A DNA stretch of 54,785 nucleotides, filler included, from a bacterium (GTDB lineage: Bacteria; JALSQH01): assembly GCA_026985515.1 (NCBI GenBank). It is 3 parts of 3 records of this genome, joined end to end, with 100 filler letters (N's around TTAATTAATTAA, not from the genome) between each part and the next. Parts side by side here need not be neighbours in the genome. Positions count along the whole stretch, not along the records: positions 38,204 to 54,785 come from JALSQH010000266.1; 2 more parts are not named here. One strand, written 5' to 3'. The number at the start of each line of letters is the position of its first letter. Positions within the stretch are counted from its first letter, which is position 1. This document shows, one piece after another, positions 38,204-52,304 of this stretch. Under the pieces are notes generated by a model. The model did not search any database, was not told the DNA's origin, and was given only the letters and a program-made list of their open reading frames with translations. The translations under genes were made by a program, and so were the position numbers.

Positions 38204-41200
38204 CCCTCCTTCGATACCTGCTGTGATATATCAGAATCAGATCACAAATCAGGTTGATTATGTTTTGAAGAGGAGCGGAGGAAGTGTTGATAGCAATTTC
38301 CTTTTGTGGGAATGTCAGGGTGGAGACAGGGCAGATTTTGTACCATGTGGAGGAAGTGAGTCCACCACAGATTTTTATTACAGGTTGCTTACGGGAACTC
38401 CCCAGAGAATAAACATGCTACGATTAAGAGCAGTGGATAAAGCTGGAAACACAGGAGATTCTGCCATTGTTCAGATAATTTATGATTCAACTCCGCCCAC
38501 AAGACCGCTTTTGGGTCATAGAGGAAGTAGAATCTTTGTTAATACTGATAGTTACCTTGTTGAAATAACCACACCTTCCAGTGATGTGAATTTTGATCTT
38601 TACCAGTACTGTGTTGAGGATGGAGATACTTCTTACTGCCCTGATTCAGATTTTGTCAATTCTTCTCAGTCTCTTGAGATACCCGTTCCTCTTGAACCTG
38701 ATAAGGTAGTGAGTGTGTTCATAAGGGGAAAGGATAAGGCGGGTAATGTGTCTCAATATGATAGAGTTGTCATAGAGCAGGATTCAGATCCACCATCGGC
38801 CCCACAGCTTCTGTTAAACGAGGTGTATGTAAATGCGATTTCTATACCTGTTTTCCTCTCAAGAGGGTCTGTTGATCCTTCTTTGGCTGATCCGGGAGAG
38901 GATAATTTTGATCACTATGAAGTTTATGGAGGATTAAACTGCAAAACAGGGGACGTTTATAACAACGATTCAATAGGAAGGAATGAAGGTCTCTGGGTAT
39001 GCCTTTTCAGAGAGGGAGGGATCCCCCTGCTGAAAAATGGAGAAGTGGATGTGGAGATATATGCTGTGGATAAAGCGGGAAACAGGAGTTATCCTGCTTT
39101 GTTGAGAATATTTGCCAGAAATTCGGAACCTGTTTTTACTGATTCAAATTTATCGGATCTTATTACAATTGCTTCTCACGGAATTTTTTACAGGAAATAC
39201 AGTGACAGCAAGGTCTTTTTTTACAATTTTGATGATGAGAAAATTTATTCAGATGATATTTACAGCAGGTTCGCAAATTGCTCTGAAGGTACTGATTACC
39301 TGTATGTTGAGAGTCTGAAATCAATTACAAACTATGATGGTAATGAAATTTTGCTGGGGTCTGGAGGAGGTCTGTTGCCAAATTTTCTTCTTGCAGACAA
39401 GTTTGAAATGAGTGATAATAGCTGGAGTTCCTATTCATATCTCTTCCCTACAGAGGAAAGGATTGCAACACTTGCTACCAATCAGGGTGGGGTTGCCTGG
39501 GTGACTACTGGAAAAGGTATAATTATGGCGCCATCGGTAACTTCTTCTACTTTCTATAATGTTGATAAGTGGAGATGCTATTTCAATTATTATCGTGTCA
39601 CATCTGAAACACAAATATATGGTTTTTATCAGCTGGTAAATCTCAGCAGGGAATCCACAGATGGTCTTTACGGAATGTATGGGAATGTTTATGGTGATAG
39701 TGCCTATGTGAGCCTTATACCTCTCAGCTGTCTGGGGACCGGTTACGGGGAAAATGGTTTTATGGAGAAAACATGGGTCATGGTTCCTGTTGATGCGAGA
39801 GTTCAGTTTGGTACGGTGTTTGTTGCTGGTATCTGTACTGATGGAAATAATAGATTATCCTGGAAAACTCTATCCAGAGATGATAACTTTCCTGGAGTTG
39901 TGACAATGCCAGATATGGAATTGATCGGTTCTTCTGAATCATATAATCCTGCTATTACTGAGGACAATCATGAAATAGCGCATATTTCCGTTGATGATAG
40001 CAGGGCATACAGTCAGATTCTTCTCCTTCAGAAACATAAGGTTGCAGATTACATAAACCTTTACTACGCTCCTGAATCTATCAAGGATTTTACGCAATCA
40101 GAAAGATCTTATAATACCTATAAGACTCCTTTTACACCTGGCGAGGTAAGGGAGATCCTTGAGATTCCTGAAGTAATCAATGGTTACGAAAGATTATTTT
40201 TCGACAGCGACTCCTACACCGGAACCGACAGGTTGAGAGGTATTGAAATTTCATTTAACAGTAGCTATAAGATTTCTGCTATACGTGCTTATCTGAAGTG
40301 CAGCGGCAATACTACAATACGGGGAGCCATCTATAAGGAGACATCTTCAGATACTTATTCCCGTATAGCATCCACCTCCACGGTAAATTCATTTACAAGT
40401 GATTTTTTTGAGTATGTTCTTCGTTTTGACGAGCCTGTACATGTTGATAGTGATGCTCCTTATCTCATTGTGTTTCAGTGGCGGGGTGATAGTTGCGAAT
40501 ATTATGCAGGGGGCAACAATCCTATTGAAAGGCCATATGGAGTTGTTGAGAGACGGGTAATGGTTAACAATGTTTCTGAAGTTCCGTTGACAATAAGTAG
40601 CAGCAGTATTCAAACTGGATATTTTTATGAAATAGGCTTTGACATCAGTGAGGGAGGCGACATAATCAAAGATCCCGGCCGCATTCTGGATCTTTCTGGA
40701 AGATATCTTTTCCTTGCAACTTCCTTTGATTCATCAAATCCACTGACTTATTCAACCCTGAGAGTTATTGATCTGGGGGAAAATTTCCTTTATGACTCTT
40801 CCGATAGGCAGTGCATAATCCAGAGCGGAGACGGGATTGAGTTCGGTATCCTTGATGCTACCGGAAAAAGTTTTACATATGTTTATACCACCAATGATGG
40901 AACCATCAGACATGTCTTTTATGATTTTGGCAGTGATGGAATTCCCTGTACAGGCGATGATGAGAAGATTACCACAGATATTTCCCGATGGGTTGATTCG
41001 GAAAGGATATATCCCTCTCTTTCAATGATAGCTTCAATGGAACCCGATGTCGTCTCTCTGAGGACCGGGATTTACTGGTATGACCTGGCAAAGGTGAAGG
41101 ATTACGGTGATAACTGGTATGGAAATATTCAGCCTGAAAAAAAGAGTGAAAACGGATTTGCCGGGGATTCTTATCTTCTCGGGGATATACCTTTCGTACT

Positions 41201-42260
41201 CCAGGAAAATTATGGGAACGAAAATTATACTATTTACAGAGAAAATCCAGAAATTTTCTATCCATTTGGATCAACTTCTGTAGATAATGGTTTTAAGATA
41301 TCGAGCAACGGCGATTATGTGGTGGTAACAGGTTTTGATTATTATAATAACCTTATTCAGGGCAGCACGCTATATGTTTTCGATAGAATCACAGGAAAAT
41401 ATATTGGAGGAATAAAAAGCGAAGACTCCTTTTTTGTCTCTGTTCCTGCTGGTAATGAGGTTTTTATTAATGCAAATTTCACTAATTTTACTCAAGGACA
41501 ACAAAAGTATCTCATGTATGATATTCACACAGGCAATCTTTTTGAACCTTCAAACATTTCTGGTGGGTACAAACTAAAGTGGGGCGATTACGAATTTTTA
41601 ATCTCTAATTTCAATGTACCATCAGGTACAAGGTTTCTTTTCAGCAGTTATGAGAATGACAGGTATGTTGTTCACATTTATGACCTGGGGGATGATGGAA
41701 TACATGTTGATGAAGGTTCTGGCGATGATAGAGAAGACTGGATCGATCCATTTCCTTTTGAAATGAGTGTTACAACTCCTGTTGGATTTTATCTTACAGA
41801 TACTTACTTCGCTGTTGAGGTAACAGAAGCGGACTTTGTACATGATGTTTTATATGGAAAATTGGGAAGTACCCAGATTAAAAGTATACACGATATTGAT
41901 GTTTTCCTGGGTATTTCTGGTGAAGACATGTATTACATCGCTGATAGCTATTTGCACAGGAGAAATCTATCCTCTGATGATGATAGGATAATGAGAGTTG
42001 CTTATATACATGACTTCTTTCCATACAATGTGGGCAGGAAAGGTGACTGGATATTTTTTGCATCTGACGACAATATCTTTGGAATAACTGCTATTAATCT
42101 TTTTTCTAATGAGGAAATTCCCATATTTGCAGGTAACAACCTTCCACCTTTTACGGGAAGTGTTTATCCTGGAAAATTTATTGAACCTGATGGTAATGGT
42201 TTTATGTTCAGTCTACAGAATGGCAAAAGGATTCTCATGAGGTATGAGATTGGCAGATAG
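38204..42260 (+). CDS. Very large extracellular protein with Ig-like (DKAGN) repeats and beta-rich C-terminal region; 5'-truncated by contig start
   Basis: Frame is open from 38205 (PPSIPA). Three DxxPP..DKAGN Ig-like units, a DUF4082-like segment and repeated D(L/F)GxDG...DD loops. Confidence 0.8.
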
Positions 42261-42288
42261 TTGACGCGAGAGCTCCATATGGTATTAT
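42261..42288 (+). promoter_or_regulatory. Sigma70 promoter TTGACG-N16-TATTAT (extended -10), likely leaderless
   Basis: Six nt separate the -10 from ATG 42295; no SD. Confidence 0.6.
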
Positions 42289-42294
42289 TAAAGT

Positions 42295-43188
42295 ATGAAA
42301 AATCCAGTGATCGTAAATGGGAATGCGAAAGGGATACGAAAGAGATATGCCAGTATATTAAAGGAGCTGAAAGAAGATTTTGATTTTGAATTCATACTCA
42401 CATCTTCCCTTGATGAACTTAACAGTGTTAGCAGGCAACTGAGTGAGCAAAAACCTGAACTTATCGGAATCTGGGGTGGAGATGGGACACTTTTTCACAC
42501 CCTTAATGCCATTTTAAAATATTTTTCCGAACCACCCATCTTTTTTTATCTTCCAGGAGGAACCTTCAATACAGTTGGAAGAAATCTTGGATATTCAGGC
42601 TCACCTCTCAGGATATTGAAACATCTTGGAGGTAATAAATTTGATGTGCCCACTCTCAGGATTAAAACGAGGGATAAAGAATACACCGGTTTTATTTTCA
42701 CCAGCGGTCTTCCATACAAATCAATGGAACAGTACTACTGCTGTGGAGAGCCCAATCTTTTCACAGGAATCAAAGTTGCCCTGTGGCCCCTGGTGTCATT
42801 TCTCTTTCCCTTTCTTGTGAAGAATAATAATTATTTTGATGCACCTGTTATGAAAGTTGAGATAGACGGTAAATTCCTCTGGGAGGGTCCCACATTAACT
42901 GTAACGGTTTCAACTGTACCCAACCTTGGGCTCTGGATTGCTCCTTTTTCTGAAGAGGGAGAAGGTTTTTATACCCTTGCCAGCTCTGTACCGGTGAAAG
43001 TTATTATGAAAGATTTCTTCAAGGTACTTCGCGGACGTTTCAGTCACCCTCTACACTATAACAGAAGGAGCAAAGAGGTAAAAATTACTCTTTCTTACGG
43101 ATTTCTTATCGATGGGGAGATGTTCCCCCTGAAGGATATGGAAGAAATAATCATAGTTGAGGGCCCCGTATTAAAATTTGCACGATAA
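42295..43188 (+). CDS. Diacylglycerol/sphingosine kinase family protein
   Basis: GGDGT, LPGGTFN, IDGE motifs. Confidence 0.88.
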   Translation: MKNPVIVNGNAKGIRKRYASILKELKEDFDFEFILTSSLDELNSVSRQLSEQKPELIGIWGGDGTLFHTLNAILKYFSEPPIFFYLPGGTFNTVGRNLGYSGSPLRILKHLGGNKFDVPTLRIKTRDKEYTGFIFTSGLPYKSMEQYYCCGEPNLFTGIKVALWPLVSFLFPFLVKNNNYFDAPVMKVEIDGKFLWEGPTLTVTVSTVPNLGLWIAPFSEEGEGFYTLASSVPVKVIMKDFFKVLRGRFSHPLHYNRRSKEVKITLSYGFLIDGEMFPLKDMEEIIIVEGPVLKFAR

Positions 43189-43269
43189 ATGTTGTTTGTC
43201 CGGGCTTTTATTTGAAAATCCCTCACTTTATGTATAAAATTAAAGAAACCAGAAGGAAAGGAGTGTGAG

Positions 43270-44424
43270 ATGCAGTTTGAATTAACAGAAGAGCAGAAGA
43301 TGGTTCAGCAGTTAGCAGCAGAATTTGCCCAGAAGGAACTGCCGTATGAAAAAGTGAGGGAATGGGATGCCAACAAAGTCTTTCCTGAAGAGGTTGTAAA
43401 GAAGCTGGGAGAACTTGGATTTATGGGAGTTGCCATTCCACCTGAGTATGGTGGAGCCGGATTCGACACCATTTCCTATGTCCTTGCAATGATTGAGATC
43501 GCAAAATATGATCCGGGTACAGCTGTAATTATGTCTGTCAATAATTCTCTTGTTTGTGATCCATTAAACAAGTTTGGAACTGAGGAGCAGAAGAAAAAAT
43601 ATCTAACCCCCCTTGCCAGCGGGAAAATACTTGGATGTTTTGCCCTCTCTGAACCTGAGGCTGGCTCAGATGCGGCGGAGCAGAGAACCACTGCTGTGAA
43701 GGATGGAAATTACTATGTTCTCAATGGCGTAAAGAACTTTATAACCAACGGTCCCCAGGCTGATGTGGCAATAGTTTTTGCCATGACAGATAAGTCCAAG
43801 AGGCATCATGGAATAAGCGCTTTCATCGTTGAAGCGGATACACCCGGTTTCAAAATTACTCATGTTGAGGATAAAATGGGAATAAGAACCTCAGGCACTG
43901 CAGAAATCACCCTTGAAGATGTGAGAGTGCCTGCTGAAAATATGCTCGGAAAAGAGGGGGAAGGATTCAAAGTTGCCATGGTAACCCTTGACGGAGGAAG
44001 GATCGGTATTGCTGCTCAGGCTGTGGGGATTGCAGAGGGGGCTTTTGAAGAGGCAATAAAATTTGCTCAGGAAAGGGTTGCCTTTGGTCAGAATATCATA
44101 AACTTTCAGGCTATCCAGTGGATGCTTGCAGATATGCATGCAAGAATTGAAGCAGCCAAATTGCTTACCTTGAAGGCTGCGTATCTAAAAGATAAAGGTG
44201 TAAGGCACACGAAGGAATCTGCTGTTGCAAAAATGTACGCATCTGAAACTGCTGTCTGGGTGACAAACAGGGCTGTTCAGATCCATGGTGGCTATGGTTA
44301 CATTAAAGATTACAAGGTTGAGCAACTGTACAGAGATGCTAAAATTACGGAGATTTATGAAGGAACAAATGAGATACAGAGGCTTGTCATTGCAAATCAA
44401 CTCAGGAAGGAATACCAGATATAA
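43270..44424 (+). CDS. Acyl-CoA dehydrogenase (short-chain/butyryl-CoA-like)
   Basis: FALSEPEAGSDA, KMGIRTSGT, TLDGGRIGIAAQAVGIA, QIHGGYGY, IYEGTNEIQR. Confidence 0.96.
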   Translation: MQFELTEEQKMVQQLAAEFAQKELPYEKVREWDANKVFPEEVVKKLGELGFMGVAIPPEYGGAGFDTISYVLAMIEIAKYDPGTAVIMSVNNSLVCDPLNKFGTEEQKKKYLTPLASGKILGCFALSEPEAGSDAAEQRTTAVKDGNYYVLNGVKNFITNGPQADVAIVFAMTDKSKRHHGISAFIVEADTPGFKITHVEDKMGIRTSGTAEITLEDVRVPAENMLGKEGEGFKVAMVTLDGGRIGIAAQAVGIAEGAFEEAIKFAQERVAFGQNIINFQAIQWMLADMHARIEAAKLLTLKAAYLKDKGVRHTKESAVAKMYASETAVWVTNRAVQIHGGYGYIKDYKVEQLYRDAKITEIYEGTNEIQRLVIANQLRKEYQI

Positions 44425-44914
44425 TGGCTAAAATAGCCTATGTTAAAAAGTGTCCATTGTTTAAAGATCTTACCGACAAAGAGCTTGCGGTTCTTGCAAA
44501 ATTGATGGAAGAGAGAAGCTACAATGTGAACTCCTTTATTTTTGAAGAGGGTATGCAGGTTTCCGCTTTCTATCTTATAAAGAAAGGGAGAATAAAGCTT
44601 TCAAGAAAGATAAATCCGGGGGTGGAGAACCACCCCCTTCTTCTTCTCGGGCCGGGGCAGTTTTTTGGCGAACTATCACTGATTTACGCAATGCCCAAAA
44701 TTTACACTGCCAAGGCACTGGAAAATGTAGAGCTTCTGGTTCTGACGAGGGAAAAATTCCAGTTTTTATCTGAGAAAGTTCCATCACTTGCTTTGAAGAT
44801 TATCAAACAACTTCTCATCAATACCCTTATGCGCTGGGAATTAATAACCAAGAATTTCGCAGATGATATGATAACCTGTCTTGTTGAAAAAGCACTTTCC
44901 GGGAATGAACCTGA

Positions 44915-44918
<4 letters not shown>
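44424..44918 (+). CDS. Stand-alone cyclic-nucleotide-binding domain protein
   Basis: PLFKDL, IFEEG, FYLIKKG.I, GQFFGELSLI. No HTH. Confidence 0.85.
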
Positions 44919-47306
<2,388 letters not shown>

Positions 47307-47309
47307 TAA

Positions 47310-48857
47310 ATGAAATTTGACAGAATACTGATTCTTGATTTTGGTTCACAGTACACACAGCTTATTGCCAGGAGAATCAGGGAACTTGGAGTTTACAGCG
47401 AAATACAGCCATTTAATTTCCCGGTTGAAAAAATAAAAGAATTCGGTCCCAGGGGGATAATCCTTTCAGGTGGTCCCTCCAGTGTCCTCGATGAGGGGGC
47501 ACCTGTTGTGGATAGATCTATTTTTGATCTGGGAATACCTGTGCTCGGCATCTGTTACGGGATGCAGTTAATAACCAGACTTCTTGGCGGCGAGGTGGAG
47601 TATTCACCTGCAAGGGAGTATGGAAAGTCTGAAATGATAATACTAAGCAATGAGGATCTCTTCTCTGGCTTCTCTTTGAATGAAAGGATAACAGTCTGGA
47701 TGAGCCACAGTGACAGAATAAAATCGGTTCCTGAGGGTTTTGAAGTAATTGCAAAAAGTGAAAATTCTCCAGTGGCCGCATTTCGCCACAGAGAAAGAAA
47801 GATATTTGGAGTTCAGTTTCATCCTGAGGTGGTTCATACACCCCGTGGAAAGGAGATCCTATCCAATTTTGTTTTTAAAATCTGTGGAGCAGAAGCCAAC
47901 TGGAATATGAGTTCATTTATTGAGGAAGAGAGTAAGAGAATAAGAGAAACGGTGGGGAAGAGCAACGTTATTCTTGCTCTCAGTGGAGGAGTCGATTCTT
48001 CAGTTGTCGCTGCACTTTTAAACAGGAGTATAGGTTCTCAACTTTACGCAGTTTTTGTGAATAATGGGCTTTTGAGAAAGGGAGAACCGGAACAGGTGAT
48101 TGAAACTTTCGAAAACAGGATGAAGCTGAAGAACTTCATATATGTTGATGCCTCTGAAGAGTTTCTTGATGCACTCAGGGGAGTAGTTGACCCGGAGGAA
48201 AAGAGAAAAATAATAGGAAGAAAGTTCATTGAAGTTTTTGAGAGAGAGGCAAAAAAGATTGAAAATGTTGAATTTCTTGCACAGGGCACACTTTATCCCG
48301 ATGTCATAGAGAGTGTTAGTTTTAAGGGTCCATCAGCAAAGATAAAATCGCACCACAATGTGGGTGGATTGCCGGAGAAGATGAATTTAAAACTTATTGA
48401 GCCACTCAGGGAATTGTTTAAGGATGAGGTAAGAAAACTTGGTCTTGAACTTGGTCTTCCCGAAGAAATTATATACAGACACCCCTTTCCCGGTCCGGGT
48501 CTTGCTATCAGAATAATTGGTGAAGTGACAGAGGAGGACCTTAATATACTCAGGGAAGCTGATGACATTGTCACGGAGGAAATTAAGGCTGCCGGTTTGT
48601 ACCGTAAGGTCTGGCAGGCTTTTGCAGTTTTACTTCCAGTCAGAAGTGTGGGAGTTATGGGAGATGAAAGAACATATGAAAGGGTTGCTGCTATAAGAGT
48701 TGTGGAAAGTAAAGATGGAATGACTGCAGACTGGAGCAAATTGTCATATGATCTCCTTGAGAGGATTTCAAACAGAATAGTTAACACAGTGAAGGGAATT
48801 AATCGGGTTGTTTATGATATCACTTCCAAACCACCATCAACAATTGAATGGGAATAG
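47310..48857 (+). CDS. guaA: GMP synthase (glutamine-hydrolysing)
   Basis: [49 protein letters not shown]. Confidence 0.99.
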   Translation: MKFDRILILDFGSQYTQLIARRIRELGVYSEIQPFNFPVEKIKEFGPRGIILSGGPSSVLDEGAPVVDRSIFDLGIPVLGICYGMQLITRLLGGEVEYSPAREYGKSEMIILSNEDLFSGFSLNERITVWMSHSDRIKSVPEGFEVIAKSENSPVAAFRHRERKIFGVQFHPEVVHTPRGKEILSNFVFKICGAEANWNMSSFIEEESKRIRETVGKSNVILALSGGVDSSVVAALLNRSIGSQLYAVFVNNGLLRKGEPEQVIETFENRMKLKNFIYVDASEEFLDALRGVVDPEEKRKIIGRKFIEVFEREAKKIENVEFLAQGTLYPDVIESVSFKGPSAKIKSHHNVGGLPEKMNLKLIEPLRELFKDEVRKLGLELGLPEEIIYRHPFPGPGLAIRIIGEVTEEDLNILREADDIVTEEIKAAGLYRKVWQAFAVLLPVRSVGVMGDERTYERVAAIRVVESKDGMTADWSKLSYDLLERISNRIVNTVKGINRVVYDITSKPPSTIEWE

Positions 48858-48860
48858 AGG

Positions 48861-51800
48861 ATGAGTTTCGTTCATCTTCATCTGCACACAGATTACAGTC
48901 TACTTGATGGTGCAATAAGAATTGATGAACTTGTTGAAAGGGCCAGAGAATTCAATATGGAAGCTGTGGCAATTACTGACCATGGAAATATCTTTGGGGC
49001 TGTGGAGTTTTTTCTCAAGGCAAAGGAAAAGGGGCTCAAGCCCATAATTGGTGCTGAAATGTATCTTGCACATGGAAGCAGGTTTGATAAGAGAAAATTG
49101 CCCAATGGCGAACCTGCTTTCCACATTGTTCTCCTCGTTCAGAATAGAAAGGGGTATGTAAATCTCAATAAGTTATTGACTGCCTCCTATCTTGAAGGTT
49201 TTTATATGAAGCCAAGGATTGATCTGGAACTTCTGAGAGAGCATAATGAAGGATTGATTGCTCTCAGCGCGTGTTTACAGGGACCTGTGGCGTATTATCT
49301 GAAAAATGATAATTATGATGAGGCAAAGAAATGGGCTGAGACTCTTGCTCTCATTTTCCCTGACAGATTTTATCTTGAATTACAGGAAAATGGAATTGAA
49401 GAGCAGAAAAAAGTTAACCAGGGGCTGCTGGAGCTGAGCAAGGAACTTTCCCTTCCCATTGTTGCAACCACTGATGCCCACTATCTGAGAAGGGAAGATG
49501 CTCCCTATCATGAAGTCTTACTGTGCCTCCAGACAAACAAGAGGCTGTCAGATGAAGACAGAATGAGGTTTCCCACAGATGAATTTTACTTCAAATCACC
49601 TGAAGAGATGAAGAAGGCATTTTCCTATGCTCCGGAGGCCATATCCAATACTGTGGAGATAGCGAGAAGAGTTGAGTTTGAATTTGACATTGAACATGTG
49701 CATATGCCCAGATTTCCTGTTCCTCCAGGGGAAAGCGAAGAATCTTACTTTGAAAAACTTGTATGGAAGGGTTTCAGGAAGAGGCTGGAGGAAATAAAGA
49801 AGAAAAAAGAATTTACAGAGGAAGATGAAAGAATCTACCAGGAGAGACTCAAAAAAGAAATCGAGATAATAAAGCAAAAAGGTTTTCCGGGATATTTTCT
49901 CATTGTTCAGGATTTCATTAATCATGCGAGATCCCATGGAATTATGGTGGGACCGGGGAGAGGATCAGCTGCGGGAAGCCTTGTGGCTTACTCTCTGGGG
50001 ATTACAAGTATTGACCCCATTGAGTATGGACTGCTCTTTGAGCGTTTTTTAAATCCAGAGCGGAAAAGTTTGCCTGATATTGATGTGGATATTGAGAAGA
50101 TTAAGAGAGAGCAGGTAATAGATTATCTGGCAGAAAGATACGGAGGTGAGGAATATATCAGCAGAATTATCACCTTTGGTGTGATGAAAACAAAGCAGGT
50201 GATAAAGAATGTTGGAAGAGTTCTGGGTATACCCTTTCAGGAAGTTAACAGGCTTTCCAAGATGATTCCTGACAATGTTAAGAGTGTCGAAGATGTACTG
50301 AAAGAGGAGAGAATCAGAAAGATTGTGGATAAGGATCCAAGATTTCAGGAACTTTTTAACTATGCCCGGAAACTTGAAGGGTTAAAAAACAACGCCTCTA
50401 CCCATGCAGCTGGAATTGTTGTTGCAGATAAACCCCTCACGGAGTATCTCCCCCTATTTGTTCAGAGAGAGGAAAAACCCACCACACAGTTTGATAAGGA
50501 TTATGTTGAAAAGATTGGTCTTGTTAAATTTGATCTACTGGGACTGGCAACCCTGACACTTATTGAAACGACTCTTAAACTCATTGAAAAGTACAGGGGG
50601 GTTAAAATCAATCTTGATGAAATTCCCCTTGATGACCCTGAAACCTATAAGCTCCTCTCCTCGGGAGATACGGAAGGGGTATTTCAGCTTGAGAGTCAGG
50701 GAATGAAGAGAATTCTTGTTGAACTTCAACCAACTAAGTTCACAGATATCATAGCTATTCTCGCTCTTTACAGACCTGGACCTATGCAGATGGTTCCCGA
50801 TTTCATCAATAGAAAACATGGTCGCGTCCCAATTGAGTATCCTCATCCGGACCTCGAGCCAATTTTAAAGGAAACATATGGAATAATCGTATACCAGGAA
50901 CAGGTTATGCAGATTGCCTCAGTTATGGCTGGTTATTCACTTGGAGAAGCGGACATTCTCCGCAGGGCAATGGGTAAGAAGAAAAAGGAATTGATGGAGC
51001 AGCAGAGGGAAAAGTTTATTGAAGGTGCCTTAAAGAAGGGTTACAGCAGGGAAAAGGCAGAAGAAATTTTTGCCCTGATCGAAAAATTTGCAGAGTATGG
51101 TTTTAACAAATCTCACAGTGCCGCCTATGGAGTTATCTCTTTCTGGACCGCTTATCTGAAAGCTCACTATCCCATTGAATTTATGACGGCTCTTCTCACT
51201 ACCGAAGAGAAACCTGACAAGGTTGTTTCCTACATAAACTACTGCAGGAGCAGGGGAATTGAAATACTTCCCCCCGATATCAACAGGAGTGATAAGGATT
51301 TTACCATTGAAGGTAACAGCATTCGCTTCGGTTTTAATGCCCTGAAGAATGTTGGGTCAAGTGCCATCTCTGCTATTTTAAAAGCAAGAAAAGAAGTTGG
51401 AGAGTTCAGGGACCTGTTCCATTTCTGTGAATCGGTGGACCTCAGAAAGGTGAACAAAAAAGTTATTGAAAGTTTGATTAAAGGGGGTGCTTTCGACAGC
51501 TTTGGTAAGAGCAGAGAGTGGCTTATGCGAAATATTGAAATAGCAATGGAATATGGTGAAAAGGTGAGAAAAACTAAAAAGACCGGTCAGGCTTCCCTTT
51601 TTGGTGGTACCAGTGAGGTTGAGGTAAACACTTTTGCCACAGTGGATGCTGGTCCATCCTGGAGTGAAGAACAGAAACTCCAGTATGAGAAGGAAATACT
51701 GGGCTTCTACCTGACGGGCCACCCACTATCAAGGTACAGGGAGTACATAGAGCTTTTTTCCAATGCGACAACAAGTACATTGTCTGAGAGGGAAGATGGT

Positions 51801-52304
51801 GATTTCATAAAAATGGTGGTGATGTTTGATAAGGTTGAGATAAAGAAGTCCAAAAATCAGAAAGAGTTTGCAAGAGTTGTTCTTGAGGATATGTTTGGTT
51901 CGGTGAACGGAATTATCTGGTCAAATGTTCTTGATGATTTTGGGGGAGAAATAGTGGAAAACAGGGTTGTCTATGTTGAGGGACATCTTGATAAACAGGA
52001 AAATGACATGACGCTGATAATTGAGAATATCGTTCCAATCGGGGAAATAATGAACAGAAAGATAAGAGAGATTAACATAATGTTGAAGGATGGAGAAGTA
52101 ACTGAGGAAGGTATTAACTTTCTCAAGAAGATGATTGATAACCACCGTGGAAAGACAAGGCTTAATTTTCATCTGCTGAGGGACGAGAAAGAGATCATAG
52201 TTGAGGTTCCTGAAAGATACTGGGTTAATCCTTCAATGGAACTCATCAGAGCCATAAAGGATCGTTTTGGTGAGGACTCCATTGAGGCTGTAACGGGAGG
52301 TTAA
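48861..52304 (+). CDS. dnaE: DNA polymerase III alpha subunit
   Basis: PHP HLHLHTDYSLLDG, GRGSAAGS, PDIDVD, KFDLLGL, YGFNKSHSAAY, C-terminal OB fold. Confidence 0.99.
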   Translation: MSFVHLHLHTDYSLLDGAIRIDELVERAREFNMEAVAITDHGNIFGAVEFFLKAKEKGLKPIIGAEMYLAHGSRFDKRKLPNGEPAFHIVLLVQNRKGYVNLNKLLTASYLEGFYMKPRIDLELLREHNEGLIALSACLQGPVAYYLKNDNYDEAKKWAETLALIFPDRFYLELQENGIEEQKKVNQGLLELSKELSLPIVATTDAHYLRREDAPYHEVLLCLQTNKRLSDEDRMRFPTDEFYFKSPEEMKKAFSYAPEAISNTVEIARRVEFEFDIEHVHMPRFPVPPGESEESYFEKLVWKGFRKRLEEIKKKKEFTEEDERIYQERLKKEIEIIKQKGFPGYFLIVQDFINHARSHGIMVGPGRGSAAGSLVAYSLGITSIDPIEYGLLFERFLNPERKSLPDIDVDIEKIKREQVIDYLAERYGGEEYISRIITFGVMKTKQVIKNVGRVLGIPFQEVNRLSKMIPDNVKSVEDVLKEERIRKIVDKDPRFQELFNYARKLEGLKNNASTHAAGIVVADKPLTEYLPLFVQREEKPTTQFDKDYVEKIGLVKFDLLGLATLTLIETTLKLIEKYRGVKINLDEIPLDDPETYKLLSSGDTEGVFQLESQGMKRILVELQPTKFTDIIAILALYRPGPMQMVPDFINRKHGRVPIEYPHPDLEPILKETYGIIVYQEQVMQIASVMAGYSLGEADILRRAMGKKKKELMEQQREKFIEGALKKGYSREKAEEIFALIEKFAEYGFNKSHSAAYGVISFWTAYLKAHYPIEFMTALLTTEEKPDKVVSYINYCRSRGIEILPPDINRSDKDFTIEGNSIRFGFNALKNVGSSAISAILKARKEVGEFRDLFHFCESVDLRKVNKKVIESLIKGGAFDSFGKSREWLMRNIEIAMEYGEKVRKTKKTGQASLFGGTSEVEVNTFATVDAGPSWSEEQKLQYEKEILGFYLTGHPLSRYREYIELFSNATTSTLSEREDGDFIKMVVMFDKVEIKKSKNQKEFARVVLEDMFGSVNGIIWSNVLDDFGGEIVENRVVYVEGHLDKQENDMTLIIENIVPIGEIMNRKIREINIMLKDGEVTEEGINFLKKMIDNHRGKTRLNFHLLRDEKEIIVEVPERYWVNPSMELIRAIKDRFGEDSIEAVTGG

